Part shown: in pieces, positions 50,392 through 60,264 of the stretch
Position numbering within the stretch: position 1 is the stretch's first letter
How the letters are laid out: every line of letters starts with the position of its first letter
Assembly: GCA_004298675.1 (NCBI GenBank)
Contig: SCRI01000025.1
Span: 1,332 to 65,331 of the forward strand
Direction: 5' to 3'
DNA length: 64,000 nt
DNA from: a bacterium
GTDB lineage: Bacteria > Vulcanimicrobiota > Vulcanimicrobiia > Vulcanimicrobiales > SCRA01
Position numbers and translations under genes: made by a program
The notes under the pieces: generated by a model
Databases searched by the model: none
Told to the model about the DNA's origin: nothing
The model's input: the letters and a program-made list of their open reading frames with translations, nothing else

Positions 50392-51834
50392 CTACTTCAC
50401 GAAGAAGGTGGCGTCACCGGGCATCACGGGGACAAACGTCAAGACGATCACGGCCACGGCGCAGATGGCAACGGCGATCCACGGCAACTGCGACGGCGGG
50501 CGTACCTCGGGATGGCTAAAGCGCTCCACTCTGGCGTACATCGCGCGGATCACCTTGAAGTAGACGTAGAACGAGACGGCCGAACCGATCACGAGCAGTG
50601 CGCCCAGCGGCCAGTAGCCGGTATGGATGGTCGTCGAGAGGATGAAGATCTTGCCGAGGAAACCCGCGGTGATCGGCATCCCAGCCAGCGAGAGCATGAA
50701 GAAGGTCATGGCCGCGGCTAACAGCGGCTGGCGCGCAGCCAAGCCCTCGTACGCCACCAGTTGCGTCCCCTCTTCGCGGTCGCTCGAGAGCAGGGCGGCC
50801 ACCGCGAACGCGCCGAGGTTCATGAACGCATACGCCGCCAAGTAGTACACGGCGCTGCGTATCCCCAACTCCGTCGCGCCGGCAAGCGCGGCGACGATAT
50901 AGCCGGCTTGCGCCACGGCCGAGTAGGCCAACAGCCGCTTGATATCGGTCTGCGCGAGCGCCCCCAAATTTCCCACCAGCATCGACGCGGCCGCAAAGAT
51001 GAAGGTTGGAAGCAACAGCCAGTGGGCGTCCGGCTGGGGAATGGCGGTGTAGATGACGCGTGCCAGCGCCGCCAGGGCCCCCGCCTTGGTGGCCACCGAC
51101 ATGAACGCGGTGACGGGCAACGGTGCCCCTTCGTAGACGTCGGGTGCCCAGATGTGGAACGGCACCAGCGCCAACTTGAAGGCCAGACCGATCAGGAAGA
51201 TGCCCATCCCTAGCGCATAGAGGCCGTGAATCCCGGTAGCCGGGTGGATCAATGCGGAGATGGTCACCGTCCCCGTCGCCCCGAACAGCAGCGCCATACC
51301 GTACAGCAGGAAGCCCGAAGCGGTCGAGGAGAGGACGAGGTACTTGAAGCCGGCCTCTTTCGCAACTTCGCGATCGCGCGCAATGGCGCACAGACAGTAG
51401 AGCGACAACGAGAGGATCTCGAGGCCCAAGAAGAGCGTCATTAGGCTCCCGGCGCCAGCCATGATCATCGCGCCGGTGGAGGACCAGAGCACCAGCGCCA
51501 CATAAGCGGGGCGATCCTCGCTGACGCCGCGGCGATTGAACAGCATCAGCGTTACCAGCGTGGAGAGCAGCACGATCTCCTGGAAGACCACGCTCAGCCC
51601 ATCGAGCACGAAGCCCCCGCCAAACGCGAGATAGTGGACACCGTACGACAGCGAGGCGTAGAGTCCAGCCATGATCGTGGCCATCACACCCAGGAGTATG
51701 GCGGTACCGTTGGCGATGCGGCGGGGCAACAGCAGATCGGCGAGTAGCGCGATCACCGCGGTGCCGCCGACGATCATCGCCGGCAGCAGCGCCTGATAGT
51801 CGAGGGTCTGGACGTATTGAAGGTAACCGCCCAT
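50392..51834 (-). CDS. nuoN: NADH-quinone oxidoreductase subunit N
   Basis: GLEILSL, EAGFKY, FKLALVPFHIWAPDVYEGAP and KRLLAYS motifs. Confidence 0.95.
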   Translation of the reverse strand: MGGYLQYVQTLDYQALLPAMIVGGTAVIALLADLLLPRRIANGTAILLGVMATIMAGLYASLSYGVHYLAFGGGFVLDGLSVVFQEIVLLSTLVTLMLFNRRGVSEDRPAYVALVLWSSTGAMIMAGAGSLMTLFLGLEILSLSLYCLCAIARDREVAKEAGFKYLVLSSTASGFLLYGMALLFGATGTVTISALIHPATGIHGLYALGMGIFLIGLAFKLALVPFHIWAPDVYEGAPLPVTAFMSVATKAGALAALARVIYTAIPQPDAHWLLLPTFIFAAASMLVGNLGALAQTDIKRLLAYSAVAQAGYIVAALAGATELGIRSAVYYLAAYAFMNLGAFAVAALLSSDREEGTQLVAYEGLAARQPLLAAAMTFFMLSLAGMPITAGFLGKIFILSTTIHTGYWPLGALLVIGSAVSFYVYFKVIRAMYARVERFSHPEVRPPSQLPWIAVAICAVAVIVLTFVPVMPGDATFFVK

Positions 51835-53297
51835 CAATGCGAAGCCTCCGAGACGGTAGCCGGAGCGGCGGCTGCAACGCTCGCGGCGACGTTCACCACG
51901 TCATGGGCGGCCGGGGCCGCGAGATTCGGCCAGAGACCGAACAGCAGCAGCGCTGCGGCAAGCGGAGCCACCGCAACGATCTCCCACCACGCCAAATCGG
52001 GGCGGACCGGCAGGTCTTGGACTTCAGGGCCCCAGACCACCTTGAGCAGCACGCGCAGCATGTAGACCGCTGCCAACACGATTGGAATCAGCGCGATCGC
52101 CGCGTACCAGTGCTGCCCCGAGCCCCAGACACCGATCAGGATCAGCAGCTCGCCCGCGAATCCGGCCAGGCCTGGCAGGCCCAGCAGCGCCATCGATCCG
52201 ACCATCATCGCGCCGCCGAGCTTGGGATTGTTGATGCCCAGGCCGCCCAGCCTGCTGATGGCGCGCGTCTCCTCGCGCTGCTCTACGTATCCCACCACCA
52301 AGAACATGACGGCGTTGAACAAGCCATGGGCAACCGCGTAGACCAGCACGCCGACGATCGCCAGCTGGTTGAAGCTTAAGATCCCCAGGAAGAGCAGGCC
52401 CAAGTGGGAGAGCGACGAGTACGCCAGTACACGTTTGGCGTCGTCGTGCCACATCGCCACGAGCGCACCGTAGATCATCGCGATCAGACCCAGCAGCGAG
52501 AGCAGCGGCGCCCAGCGGTGCATCTCCTGCGGAAAGAGTCCGAAGCCGATGACCAGGAATCCGAAGATGCCGCTCTTCGATTGCACCGAAGAGATCACCG
52601 CGGCCAGCGGTGCGGGGCTGGCGGTGTACGTGTCGGGCATCCAGGTGTGGAACGGGAAGAGCGGCGTCTTCACGGCATACGAGAAGGCGAAGCCGACGAA
52701 GATCCACCATGCTGCCCCCGCCGCCAGCGACTGCGCATGGGCGGCACCGATCACGTCGGTGGTTCCGGCGAGGATGCCGTAGGCCGCGGTAGCCAGCAGC
52801 AAGCCCAGACCCGCGGTGCCATTGTAGATCAGGAAACGCCAGGCTGCGGCCGTCCCCTCGCCCCAGTTGACGAGCATGATGAAGACCGGCACGAGCATCG
52901 CGTCCCAGAAGAGCGCGAAGACCAGCAGATCGCGCGCCAGGAACAGGCCCATCATCGTGCCTTCCAGCAGCAGCATCTGCGCCATGAAGTCGCGCTCGCG
53001 CTGCACGTTCGTCACGATCGCAGCCGCCAGCGTGATCAGCGCCAGCATGGCGCAGAACAGCAGCGCGATCTGCGAACTGCCGAAGTGGAAGGCTGCCGTC
53101 CAGGGCGAGTCCGTGAACCACGGATAACTCACCTGATGCCCCACCCTGCCGTACTGCAGCGCCACCAGCAGCAACTCGGCCGCGCTCACCACGATGCCGG
53201 TGCCGCGCGCGATGCCGTCGCCGGCCTTGGGCAGCGCAAACATGGCGAAGCCGAGAACGATGGGCAGCAGCACCACCCAGAGCAACGAATCGGCCAC
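51834..53297 (-). CDS. nuoM: NADH-quinone oxidoreductase subunit M
   Basis: VKTPLFPFHTWMPD, LAYSSLSH, AHGL and GLPGLAGFAGE; GTG at 53297. Confidence 0.95.
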   Translation of the reverse strand: MADSLLWVVLLPIVLGFAMFALPKAGDGIARGTGIVVSAAELLLVALQYGRVGHQVSYPWFTDSPWTAAFHFGSSQIALLFCAMLALITLAAAIVTNVQRERDFMAQMLLLEGTMMGLFLARDLLVFALFWDAMLVPVFIMLVNWGEGTAAAWRFLIYNGTAGLGLLLATAAYGILAGTTDVIGAAHAQSLAAGAAWWIFVGFAFSYAVKTPLFPFHTWMPDTYTASPAPLAAVISSVQSKSGIFGFLVIGFGLFPQEMHRWAPLLSLLGLIAMIYGALVAMWHDDAKRVLAYSSLSHLGLLFLGILSFNQLAIVGVLVYAVAHGLFNAVMFLVVGYVEQREETRAISRLGGLGINNPKLGGAMMVGSMALLGLPGLAGFAGELLILIGVWGSGQHWYAAIALIPIVLAAVYMLRVLLKVVWGPEVQDLPVRPDLAWWEIVAVAPLAAALLLFGLWPNLAAPAAHDVVNVAASVAAAAPATVSEASH

Positions 53298-53299
53298 TT

Positions 53300-55192
53300 C
53301 TACCTCACCACCGCGATATAGACGATGATCGCCGCGGCGCCGCACAGCAGCGTCAAGGCATAGGTGCGAACCAAACCACTCTGCCAGCGCCGGAAGAGCA
53401 GCCCGAGCACTCCGGCGTCGGTAGCCACGTCTCGCACCAGCACGGCGTCGATCAGTTTGGGATCGATGATGCGGGCGCACAGCGCCGCCAAGGCGCGCGC
53501 GGGCGTCACGAAGAGCGCGTCGAGCAGCTCGTTCCAGTAGTAGAGCTTGACCAAAAAGGCCGGCTGTGCCGCCGCCTCGCGCTCCAAGCGCGCAGGCGCT
53601 TGCGCCAGCGCGCCGGCGGTCCCATACTGCAGGTACGCGATTCCGGCACCCACGATCAGCGCGATGAAGAGCGGAATCTGCGTGGAGAGGAACTCACCGC
53701 CCCAAGCCGCGGCCGGCGCGACGTCGGTACCGCCAAAGATCGGCGCGAGGAACTCCGCGAATCCCTCGTGGGGCCAGTTGAGCCAGCCGATGACCACCGA
53801 GCCCGCGCCCAACAACGCTACCGGCAGCCCCATCACCCAGGCGGGAACGTGACCATGTGCATGCGCGCCGTGCTCGTCTCCGCGGAAACTGCCGGCAAAG
53901 GTCACCCACATCATGCGCGACATGTAATAGGCCGTGAGAGCCGCGGCCGCCACGCCTAGCAGCCAGAGCACGGGATGGCCGTGGGCCAAGGTTTGATAGA
54001 CCACGGCATCCTTTGAGACCCAGCCGCTGAAGAGCGGCACGCCGATGATCGCGCACGTGGCCGCCAGCATGCTCCAAAAGGCTACCGGCATGCGCTTGGC
54101 GAGGCCCCCCATCTTGCGCACGTCCTGCTCGCCGGCCAAATTGTGGATGATGACGCCCGATGCCAAGAAGAGGCACGCCTTGAAGAACGCGTGCGTGTAG
54201 AAGTGCAATACGCCGGCGCTGTACGCGCCCACGCCCACGCCCATGATCATGTAGCCGATCTGCGACATGGTGGAGTAGGCCAGGATGCGCTTGATGTCCC
54301 ACTGCACCACGCCCAACACGGCTCCCGCGAGAGCGGTGAGGGCGCCGATCACGCCTACCGTCTCCATCGCGCCGGGCGCATGCTGGTAGATCGGCCAGCA
54401 GCGCGCCACCAAATAGACGCCCGCGGTGACCATCGTCGCGGCATGGATCAAAGCGGAGACGGGAGTCGGTCCCTCCATCGCATCGGGCAACCACGTGTGC
54501 AGCGGCAGCTGCGCCGACTTCGCGCAAGCGCCGGCTAACAGCCCGAGCGCAATCAACGTCATCACCGGACCCGGCCCCTGCGCCGCCTTGGCGAACACGT
54601 CGGCATACGAGAGCGACCCAAACGTGGCGAAGAGCGCGAAGATCGCGAGCATGATGCCGACGTCGCCCACGACGTTCATCACGAACGCCTTGCGCGCCGC
54701 CTCGACCGCGATCGGCCGCTCGATCCAGAAGCCGATCAGCCAGAAGGAGGCGAGGCCCACCAGGCCCCAGCCCACCAGCAGAAAGACGAAGTTATCCGCC
54801 ATGACCAGCGTGAGCATGGCGAAGATGAAGAAATTCAAGTACGCGAAGAAGCGCGCCTCGGCCCGGTCGCCCTCCATGTAACCAATCGCGTAGACGTGGA
54901 TCAAGAAGCCGACGCCCGTGATGATCGTCAGCCAAATGAACGAGAGGCGATCGACGAGCAGGCCTACCGTAATGCCCGGTGCCCAGGTGAACATGGTGAC
55001 GTGGACGCCGGCGGGCTGCGCCGCGACCGCCGGCCACAACGCCAGCGTGCCTACGAAGGCGGCACCGATGACGGCGCAGGCCAAGGGCCCCGCGAAGCGG
55101 CGCAGCAGCGGCCCGCAGGCCCAGATCGCAACCGCCCCCGCAATCGGCAGCAGCCACACGATCAACGGCCAAGAAATAACGCTCGACTCCAC
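53300..55192 (-). CDS. nuoL: NADH-quinone oxidoreductase subunit L
   Basis: KSAQLPLHTWLPDAMEGPTPVSALIHAATMVTAGVY and HAFFKA motifs. Confidence 0.96.
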   Translation of the reverse strand: MESSVISWPLIVWLLPIAGAVAIWACGPLLRRFAGPLACAVIGAAFVGTLALWPAVAAQPAGVHVTMFTWAPGITVGLLVDRLSFIWLTIITGVGFLIHVYAIGYMEGDRAEARFFAYLNFFIFAMLTLVMADNFVFLLVGWGLVGLASFWLIGFWIERPIAVEAARKAFVMNVVGDVGIMLAIFALFATFGSLSYADVFAKAAQGPGPVMTLIALGLLAGACAKSAQLPLHTWLPDAMEGPTPVSALIHAATMVTAGVYLVARCWPIYQHAPGAMETVGVIGALTALAGAVLGVVQWDIKRILAYSTMSQIGYMIMGVGVGAYSAGVLHFYTHAFFKACLFLASGVIIHNLAGEQDVRKMGGLAKRMPVAFWSMLAATCAIIGVPLFSGWVSKDAVVYQTLAHGHPVLWLLGVAAAALTAYYMSRMMWVTFAGSFRGDEHGAHAHGHVPAWVMGLPVALLGAGSVVIGWLNWPHEGFAEFLAPIFGGTDVAPAAAWGGEFLSTQIPLFIALIVGAGIAYLQYGTAGALAQAPARLEREAAAQPAFLVKLYYWNELLDALFVTPARALAALCARIIDPKLIDAVLVRDVATDAGVLGLLFRRWQSGLVRTYALTLLCGAAAIIVYIAVVR

Positions 55193-55199
55193 GATGCGG

Positions 55200-55520
55200 C
55201 TACCCCTTCAACAACATGGCGTCGTCCACGTTGCTCTGGGCGCGCGGACGGAAGAGTATGACGACGATGGCCAACCCGATCGCCGCCTCCGCGGCGGCGA
55301 CGGTGATGACGAGAAACGTGAAAATGTGTCCCGCATTGTTGAGCCAGGCACGGCTGTACGCCATGAACGACAGGTTCGCGGCATTCCACATCAGCTCGAT
55401 CGACATCAGCGTGATCAGAGGATTGCGCCGCAGCACCACCCCCAGCACGCCGATGAAGAACATCAGCGCCGAAAGCGCGGCATACGCGTTGGGGTCGACG
55501 GACATCTGCACCGGAACCAT
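55200..55520 (-). CDS. nuoK: NADH-quinone oxidoreductase subunit K
   Basis: RRN...LMSIELM.NAANL and VAAAEAAIGLAI motifs. Confidence 0.95.
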   Translation of the reverse strand: MVPVQMSVDPNAYAALSALMFFIGVLGVVLRRNPLITLMSIELMWNAANLSFMAYSRAWLNNAGHIFTFLVITVAAAEAAIGLAIVVILFRPRAQSNVDDAMLLKG

Positions 55521-56155
55521 CAGCGCGTCGCCCCCATGGGACGTTCGGGCTTCGCGATCGCCTCGCGCTCGGCGGCTTTGCGCCGCCGCTCCGGGACCGC
55601 CGCCCCCGCCAGTACCACCACGCCAATCACGGCCACCAGCAGTACGAACGCGGTCAACTCGAAGGGCAAGAGATACGTCGTGAAGAGCGCGCGGCCGAAA
55701 TCGGCGACGCTGCCGAAGGCGCCCTCCGCGCCCGGTGTGATGGTCACCGCGGGAATCTCACCGCGTGACACCGGCAGAACCGTCGCGGCCCCGAGCATGC
55801 CGCCGCCCGAGGGAATCTGCGCGCGCAAGAGCCCATAACCCAACGCCACCAGGGCCAACGCCCCGACGATCAGCGCCGGCAGCGTGAGCTTGGTCAAGCG
55901 GTTGGGGCCGGGAGCCTCGATGCTCGTGCCCGCGCCGAGCAAAGCAATGACGAAGATGAACAGGATCAGAATGGCGCCGGAGTAGACGATGATCTGGATC
56001 ATCGCCAGAAACTCCCCTGAGAGCGTCAGGTAGAGCACGGCTAGCGCCGCGAAGTTGGCGAGCAGCGCGACGACGCTGTGCACCGGATTGCGCGCCGAGA
56101 TCACGCCGATGGCCGAGGCAATAAGCGCCACGGCCAGGATCGCGAAGACAGCCAT
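55520..56155 (-). CDS. nuoJ: NADH-quinone oxidoreductase subunit J
   Basis: NPVHS, EFLAMIQIIVYSGAI and LPFEL..LLVA; ATG at 56155. Confidence 0.94.
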   Translation of the reverse strand: MAVFAILAVALIASAIGVISARNPVHSVVALLANFAALAVLYLTLSGEFLAMIQIIVYSGAILILFIFVIALLGAGTSIEAPGPNRLTKLTLPALIVGALALVALGYGLLRAQIPSGGGMLGAATVLPVSRGEIPAVTITPGAEGAFGSVADFGRALFTTYLLPFELTAFVLLVAVIGVVVLAGAAVPERRRKAAEREAIAKPERPMGATR

Positions 56156-56156
56156 A

Positions 56157-56795
56157 TTACTGGCCCCCCTTGAGCTGCTCCGGTTCTCCGACCAGCTCGC
56201 CACCGGCGGGCGTCGGCATATAGGTCTTTCCCTTGGAAGTGAGGATGTCGATGCCGCGCCAGGTCGCCAGATAGCCCTTCTCGGGTTCCATGGTGGACTT
56301 CACGCGCGCGACTTCGCCCAGATCGGCCGGCAGGCCGCCGGGGCGCTCGAGCGGTGACTCTCCCACACCGAACTCCGCCGGCACGAGCAGCTTACTCTTG
56401 TCGTAGATCAAGGAGCTACGCGTGTAGTTCGCCATCTCGAAGCGCGGCGTCAGCGTGATGGCATCGGTCGGACACGCCTCCTCGCACATCCCGCAGAAGA
56501 TACAGCGCAGCTCGTCGATCTCGTAGCGGTAGGCGTAGCGTTCGCCGGGCGAATGGCGATCTTCCGGCGTGTTCTCCGCTCCGACCACGGTGATGGCATT
56601 GGCGGGGCAGGCGATCTGGCAGAGCTCGCAGCCGATACAGCGCTCCATGCCGTCTTCGTAGCGGCGCAGCTCATGCAGGCCGTGGAAGCGCGAGGCATGA
56701 GCACGCTTGACGAACGGATAGTCGATGGTCGCCTTGCGGCGGAACATGTATCCGAACGTGGTGGCGAGCCCCTTGAAAATTGCGATGATGTTCAT
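56157..56795 (-). CDS. nuoI: NADH-quinone oxidoreductase subunit I
   Basis: CIGCELCQIACP and CIFCGMCEEACP motifs. Confidence 0.96.
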   Translation of the reverse strand: MNIIAIFKGLATTFGYMFRRKATIDYPFVKRAHASRFHGLHELRRYEDGMERCIGCELCQIACPANAITVVGAENTPEDRHSPGERYAYRYEIDELRCIFCGMCEEACPTDAITLTPRFEMANYTRSSLIYDKSKLLVPAEFGVGESPLERPGGLPADLGEVARVKSTMEPEKGYLATWRGIDILTSKGKTYMPTPAGGELVGEPEQLKGGQ

Positions 56796-56834
56796 GATGC
56801 CAGTCCTCGGGGAGATCCGGGAGTCCGCAACGTG

Positions 56835-57827
56835 CTAATACCAGAACGCCACGACGATGGCCGTGACCAGAAGATTGAGCGTGGCGAGCGGCAGCAGTAC
56901 CTTCCACCCGAAGGCCATGAGCCGGTCGTAACGCAGGCGCGGCAGCGTGCCACGCAGCCAGATATAGAAGAATAGAAACGCGAACACCTTGAGCACGAAG
57001 TAGAGCAGGCCCAACAGCGGGTGCCCTACCGCGCCCGGCCCGTTCCAGCCGCCCAAGAAGAGCAGCGTGGCCAGGCACGAGACCGTGATCATGTTGATGT
57101 ACTCGGCGATGAAGAACAAGCCGAAACGCAAGCCCGAGTACTCGGTGTGGAAGCCCGCCACGAGTTCGGACTCGGCTTCCACTAAATCAAACGGCACGCG
57201 ATTGGTCTCGGCCACCGCCGTGATGATGTAGATGATGAAGCCGAGTAGCTGCGGGACGATGAACCAGACGCGGCTCTGGGCCTCGACGATCCCCGTCAGC
57301 GAGGTGGTGCTCGCCTGCAGGATGACGCCGATGACCGACATCGTCATCGCCAGCTCGTAGCTGACCATCTGCGCGGTGGCACGCACGCTGCCCAGCAACG
57401 GATACTTCGAACCGGATGCCCAACCCGCCAGCGAAATGCCGTAGACGCCGATCGAGGTAATGGCAAAGACGTACAGGATGCCGGCGTTGACGTTGGCGAT
57501 CGACCACGGACCGTGCTCGCCTTGCGAGAACGGGATCACGGCGTAGGCCAACAGGGCCGTGAAGACGGCGATGAACGGAGCCAAGCGGTAGATCAGCGGG
57601 TCGGCGCTGTTGGGCGTGAGGTCTTCTTTGAAGATCATCTTCAACGCATCGGCGGCCGGCTGGAGCAGCCCCCAGGGGCCAACCTTGTTCGGCCCGACGC
57701 GCAACTGCATGTAGGCGAGCACCTTGCGCTCAGCCAGCATCGTGTACGCGAAGAGCGTGACCACGATGATCAAGAGCACGAGGCTCTTGATCGCGACGAG
57801 CAGCCACAACGGCAAGGCTTCGATCAT
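56835..57827 (-). CDS. nuoH: NADH-quinone oxidoreductase subunit H
   Basis: ERK...Q.RVGPN, AETNRVPFDL.EAESELVAGF.TEYSG and PRLRYD; ATG at 57827. Confidence 0.96.
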   Translation of the reverse strand: MIEALPLWLLVAIKSLVLLIIVVTLFAYTMLAERKVLAYMQLRVGPNKVGPWGLLQPAADALKMIFKEDLTPNSADPLIYRLAPFIAVFTALLAYAVIPFSQGEHGPWSIANVNAGILYVFAITSIGVYGISLAGWASGSKYPLLGSVRATAQMVSYELAMTMSVIGVILQASTTSLTGIVEAQSRVWFIVPQLLGFIIYIITAVAETNRVPFDLVEAESELVAGFHTEYSGLRFGLFFIAEYINMITVSCLATLLFLGGWNGPGAVGHPLLGLLYFVLKVFAFLFFYIWLRGTLPRLRYDRLMAFGWKVLLPLATLNLLVTAIVVAFWY

Positions 57828-60244
57828 TCTCCCTGCGCCCCCGCGAGGTTGAGCGCCTGACGCCCCTTGCGTATCAACACGACATCGGCATGCACGCTGC
57901 CGCAATCATCGGCTAGCACGTTGACCGGCGCCTCGGGCAGCTCGGCGATCACGCCGATCGAGCCCCGCGCCACCTTCTTCGACGTCACCACCGTTAGCCC
58001 GTCGACGGCTCCCAAGCCATTGCGTACCGTCACCGTATCACCGTCCTCCAACCCCAACTCCTCGACGTCGCCGGGATGGAGGTACGCCGTTGGATGCGGG
58101 CGCAGCGGCTCGAACGCCGTGTCGTGCGCCGAGGTGCCGCCGCCGGCGTAGAGCCGTGGAACGGAGTGAACCGTGAAGGCACCCTGCGCGGGCGTCGCGG
58201 CCGGCCTGACCGTGCGCGCAAGCACCGGGCTCGTGAACGAGAACGCCCGCGCCAGTTCCGGTGCCGCGGCCGCGGCAGCCAACTGCTCGAGCTCGGAATC
58301 ACTGGGCATCTGCAAGCCCATGGCATCGCCGAGCAGGGCGAGGACCTCGCGATCGGTGAGCGGCTCACCGGCCTGCGGAGCACAAGAGATCGCCAGCTGT
58401 TTCACCTCGCCGTCCATGGTCGTGGTGGAACCCGTCTTCTCGAACGCGGCCTTGACCGGCAGCACGACATGGCTCTTGACCGCGGTCTGCGTCATGAAGA
58501 GCTCGGTGGTCACGATGAAGGGCACCCGCTCCAGCGCCGCCCGCACCAGCGCGCCGTTGGGATACGCCAGCAGCGGGTTGGCGCCGAAAATCAGCAACGC
58601 CTTCAGCTCACCGCTCGCAGACGCACGCAGCATGCCCTCGGTATCGAGGCCCGCCTGTGGCGCGGGGCGATAGCCGGGCTGCAGCGCGGGGTGCATCCCC
58701 ATGGACTCGGCACCGCGTGCGTTGGCCGCGTAACCGACGACGATCACGCCGGCGCCTTTGTCGGCGTCGCGCAGGAGGCCGATCAGCCGCTCGATGGCCG
58801 CGGCCTCGGAGGCACCACGGCCGTCCCAGATGACCACGACTCGCTCCGCGCCGCGCAGCAGGCGCGCCAATGTCTGCGCCGGCGGCTCGCCGGCGCGCTT
58901 GGGCAAGTCTTCACCGCGCCGTACGTTCTCCGCAGCCTCGTTCAGCATGCTCGCCGCATCGCCCTCGGTGGGGAAGTGGCGGAAGTGGACGGGCCAATTC
59001 GGCTTGACGTCTCCCAGGTGCACCAGCGTTGCACCGCGGCGCTCCACCGCGTAGCGCACGCGCAAATCAAAGACGGGCGCCAGCTCCACTGAATTGGTAC
59101 CAAGCTCGATGATGAGGCTGGCGTCGTCGAGATCGTGGACCTGCGCCGCCAAGCGCCCAGGGGTAGCGGTCAACTCGTCGTGCAGGCGGTAGTCCACGTT
59201 GGCGGAGCCGAGGCCGCGCACGACGTGCTGCAGCAGGTAGGCCTCCTGGTTCGTAAGCCGCCCGCCGCCGATGGCGCCGATGGCCTGCGGCCCGAAGTGC
59301 TCGGCGGCATCCTTGAGCGTCGACGCGGCCAGGTCGATGGCGTCGCTCCAGGCGAGATCCACCCATTGATCCTCGCCGGAGCGGACCATGGGCGTGTTCA
59401 AGCGGCGCTCGTCCGTCAGGTAGGAGATGTTGTAGCGGACGCGATCGCAGATCCAGTCACCCGCCGGGTCGCCGTGGGGATCGATGGTCTCGTGGTCGTA
59501 GCGCGTGCGCTGCAAGACGTCGAAACGCGAGTCGGCGAACGTGGAGCAGCCCACCGGACACTGCGTGCAGACCGTCAGCGTCGGCGTGACGTCCCACGGC
59601 CGTGCCTTGAAGCGATAGGTCTTCGACGTAAGCGCGCCCACCGGGCAGAGCTCGGTGGTATTGCCCGAAAAGTAGGAGTCGTACGGCTGGTCGCCTTCGG
59701 TGGCGATGATCGTGTAGACGCCGCGCGAAGCGGTGACGAGATTGCGCTCCCAGGTGATCTCGTTGTCGAAGCGCACGCAGCGCTGGCAGAGCACGCAACG
59801 CTGCTCGTCCAGCACGATCGTCGGCCCCAGGTCCACCGCCTTGGGCTTGTTCATCTTCGGCATGCCGCTGCGCGAGGCTACGTCGCCGTAGGCCATCGCA
59901 TAATCTTGCAGGACGCATTCGCCGCCCTTGTCGCAGACGGGGCAGTCCAACGGGTGGTTGAGCAGCAAGAACTCCACCTGCGCGCGGCGTCCGGTCTCGA
60001 CGGCTTCGGAGATCGTGTCGATCACCATACCGTCGGTGACGCGCGTGTTGCAGCCCAACTGCAGCTTCGGCTGTCCCTCGATGCGGATCAGACACATGCG
60101 GCATAGCCCAGCCGGCTCGAGTTTGGGATAGTAGCAGAAGTTCGGGACGTGGTGACCGATCCGCTTCGCGGCCTCGATCATCAACTCGCCCTCCGGAGCC
60201 TCCACCTTGACGCCGTCGATCGTGACGGTCACAGTCTTTGCCAT
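57824..60244 (-). CDS. nuoG: NADH-quinone oxidoreductase subunit G
   Basis: FCY...GLCRMC, NHPLDCPVCDKGGEC, CVLCQRC, CPVGAL, and the extra N7-type CTQCPVGC...WICD motif. Confidence 0.94.
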   Translation of the reverse strand: MAKTVTVTIDGVKVEAPEGELMIEAAKRIGHHVPNFCYYPKLEPAGLCRMCLIRIEGQPKLQLGCNTRVTDGMVIDTISEAVETGRRAQVEFLLLNHPLDCPVCDKGGECVLQDYAMAYGDVASRSGMPKMNKPKAVDLGPTIVLDEQRCVLCQRCVRFDNEITWERNLVTASRGVYTIIATEGDQPYDSYFSGNTTELCPVGALTSKTYRFKARPWDVTPTLTVCTQCPVGCSTFADSRFDVLQRTRYDHETIDPHGDPAGDWICDRVRYNISYLTDERRLNTPMVRSGEDQWVDLAWSDAIDLAASTLKDAAEHFGPQAIGAIGGGRLTNQEAYLLQHVVRGLGSANVDYRLHDELTATPGRLAAQVHDLDDASLIIELGTNSVELAPVFDLRVRYAVERRGATLVHLGDVKPNWPVHFRHFPTEGDAASMLNEAAENVRRGEDLPKRAGEPPAQTLARLLRGAERVVVIWDGRGASEAAAIERLIGLLRDADKGAGVIVVGYAANARGAESMGMHPALQPGYRPAPQAGLDTEGMLRASASGELKALLIFGANPLLAYPNGALVRAALERVPFIVTTELFMTQTAVKSHVVLPVKAAFEKTGSTTTMDGEVKQLAISCAPQAGEPLTDREVLALLGDAMGLQMPSDSELEQLAAAAAAPELARAFSFTSPVLARTVRPAATPAQGAFTVHSVPRLYAGGGTSAHDTAFEPLRPHPTAYLHPGDVEELGLEDGDTVTVRNGLGAVDGLTVVTSKKVARGSIGVIAELPEAPVNVLADDCGSVHADVVLIRKGRQALNLAGAQGE

Positions 60245-60264
60245 CTCGCCTCTGTCCTCGCCGC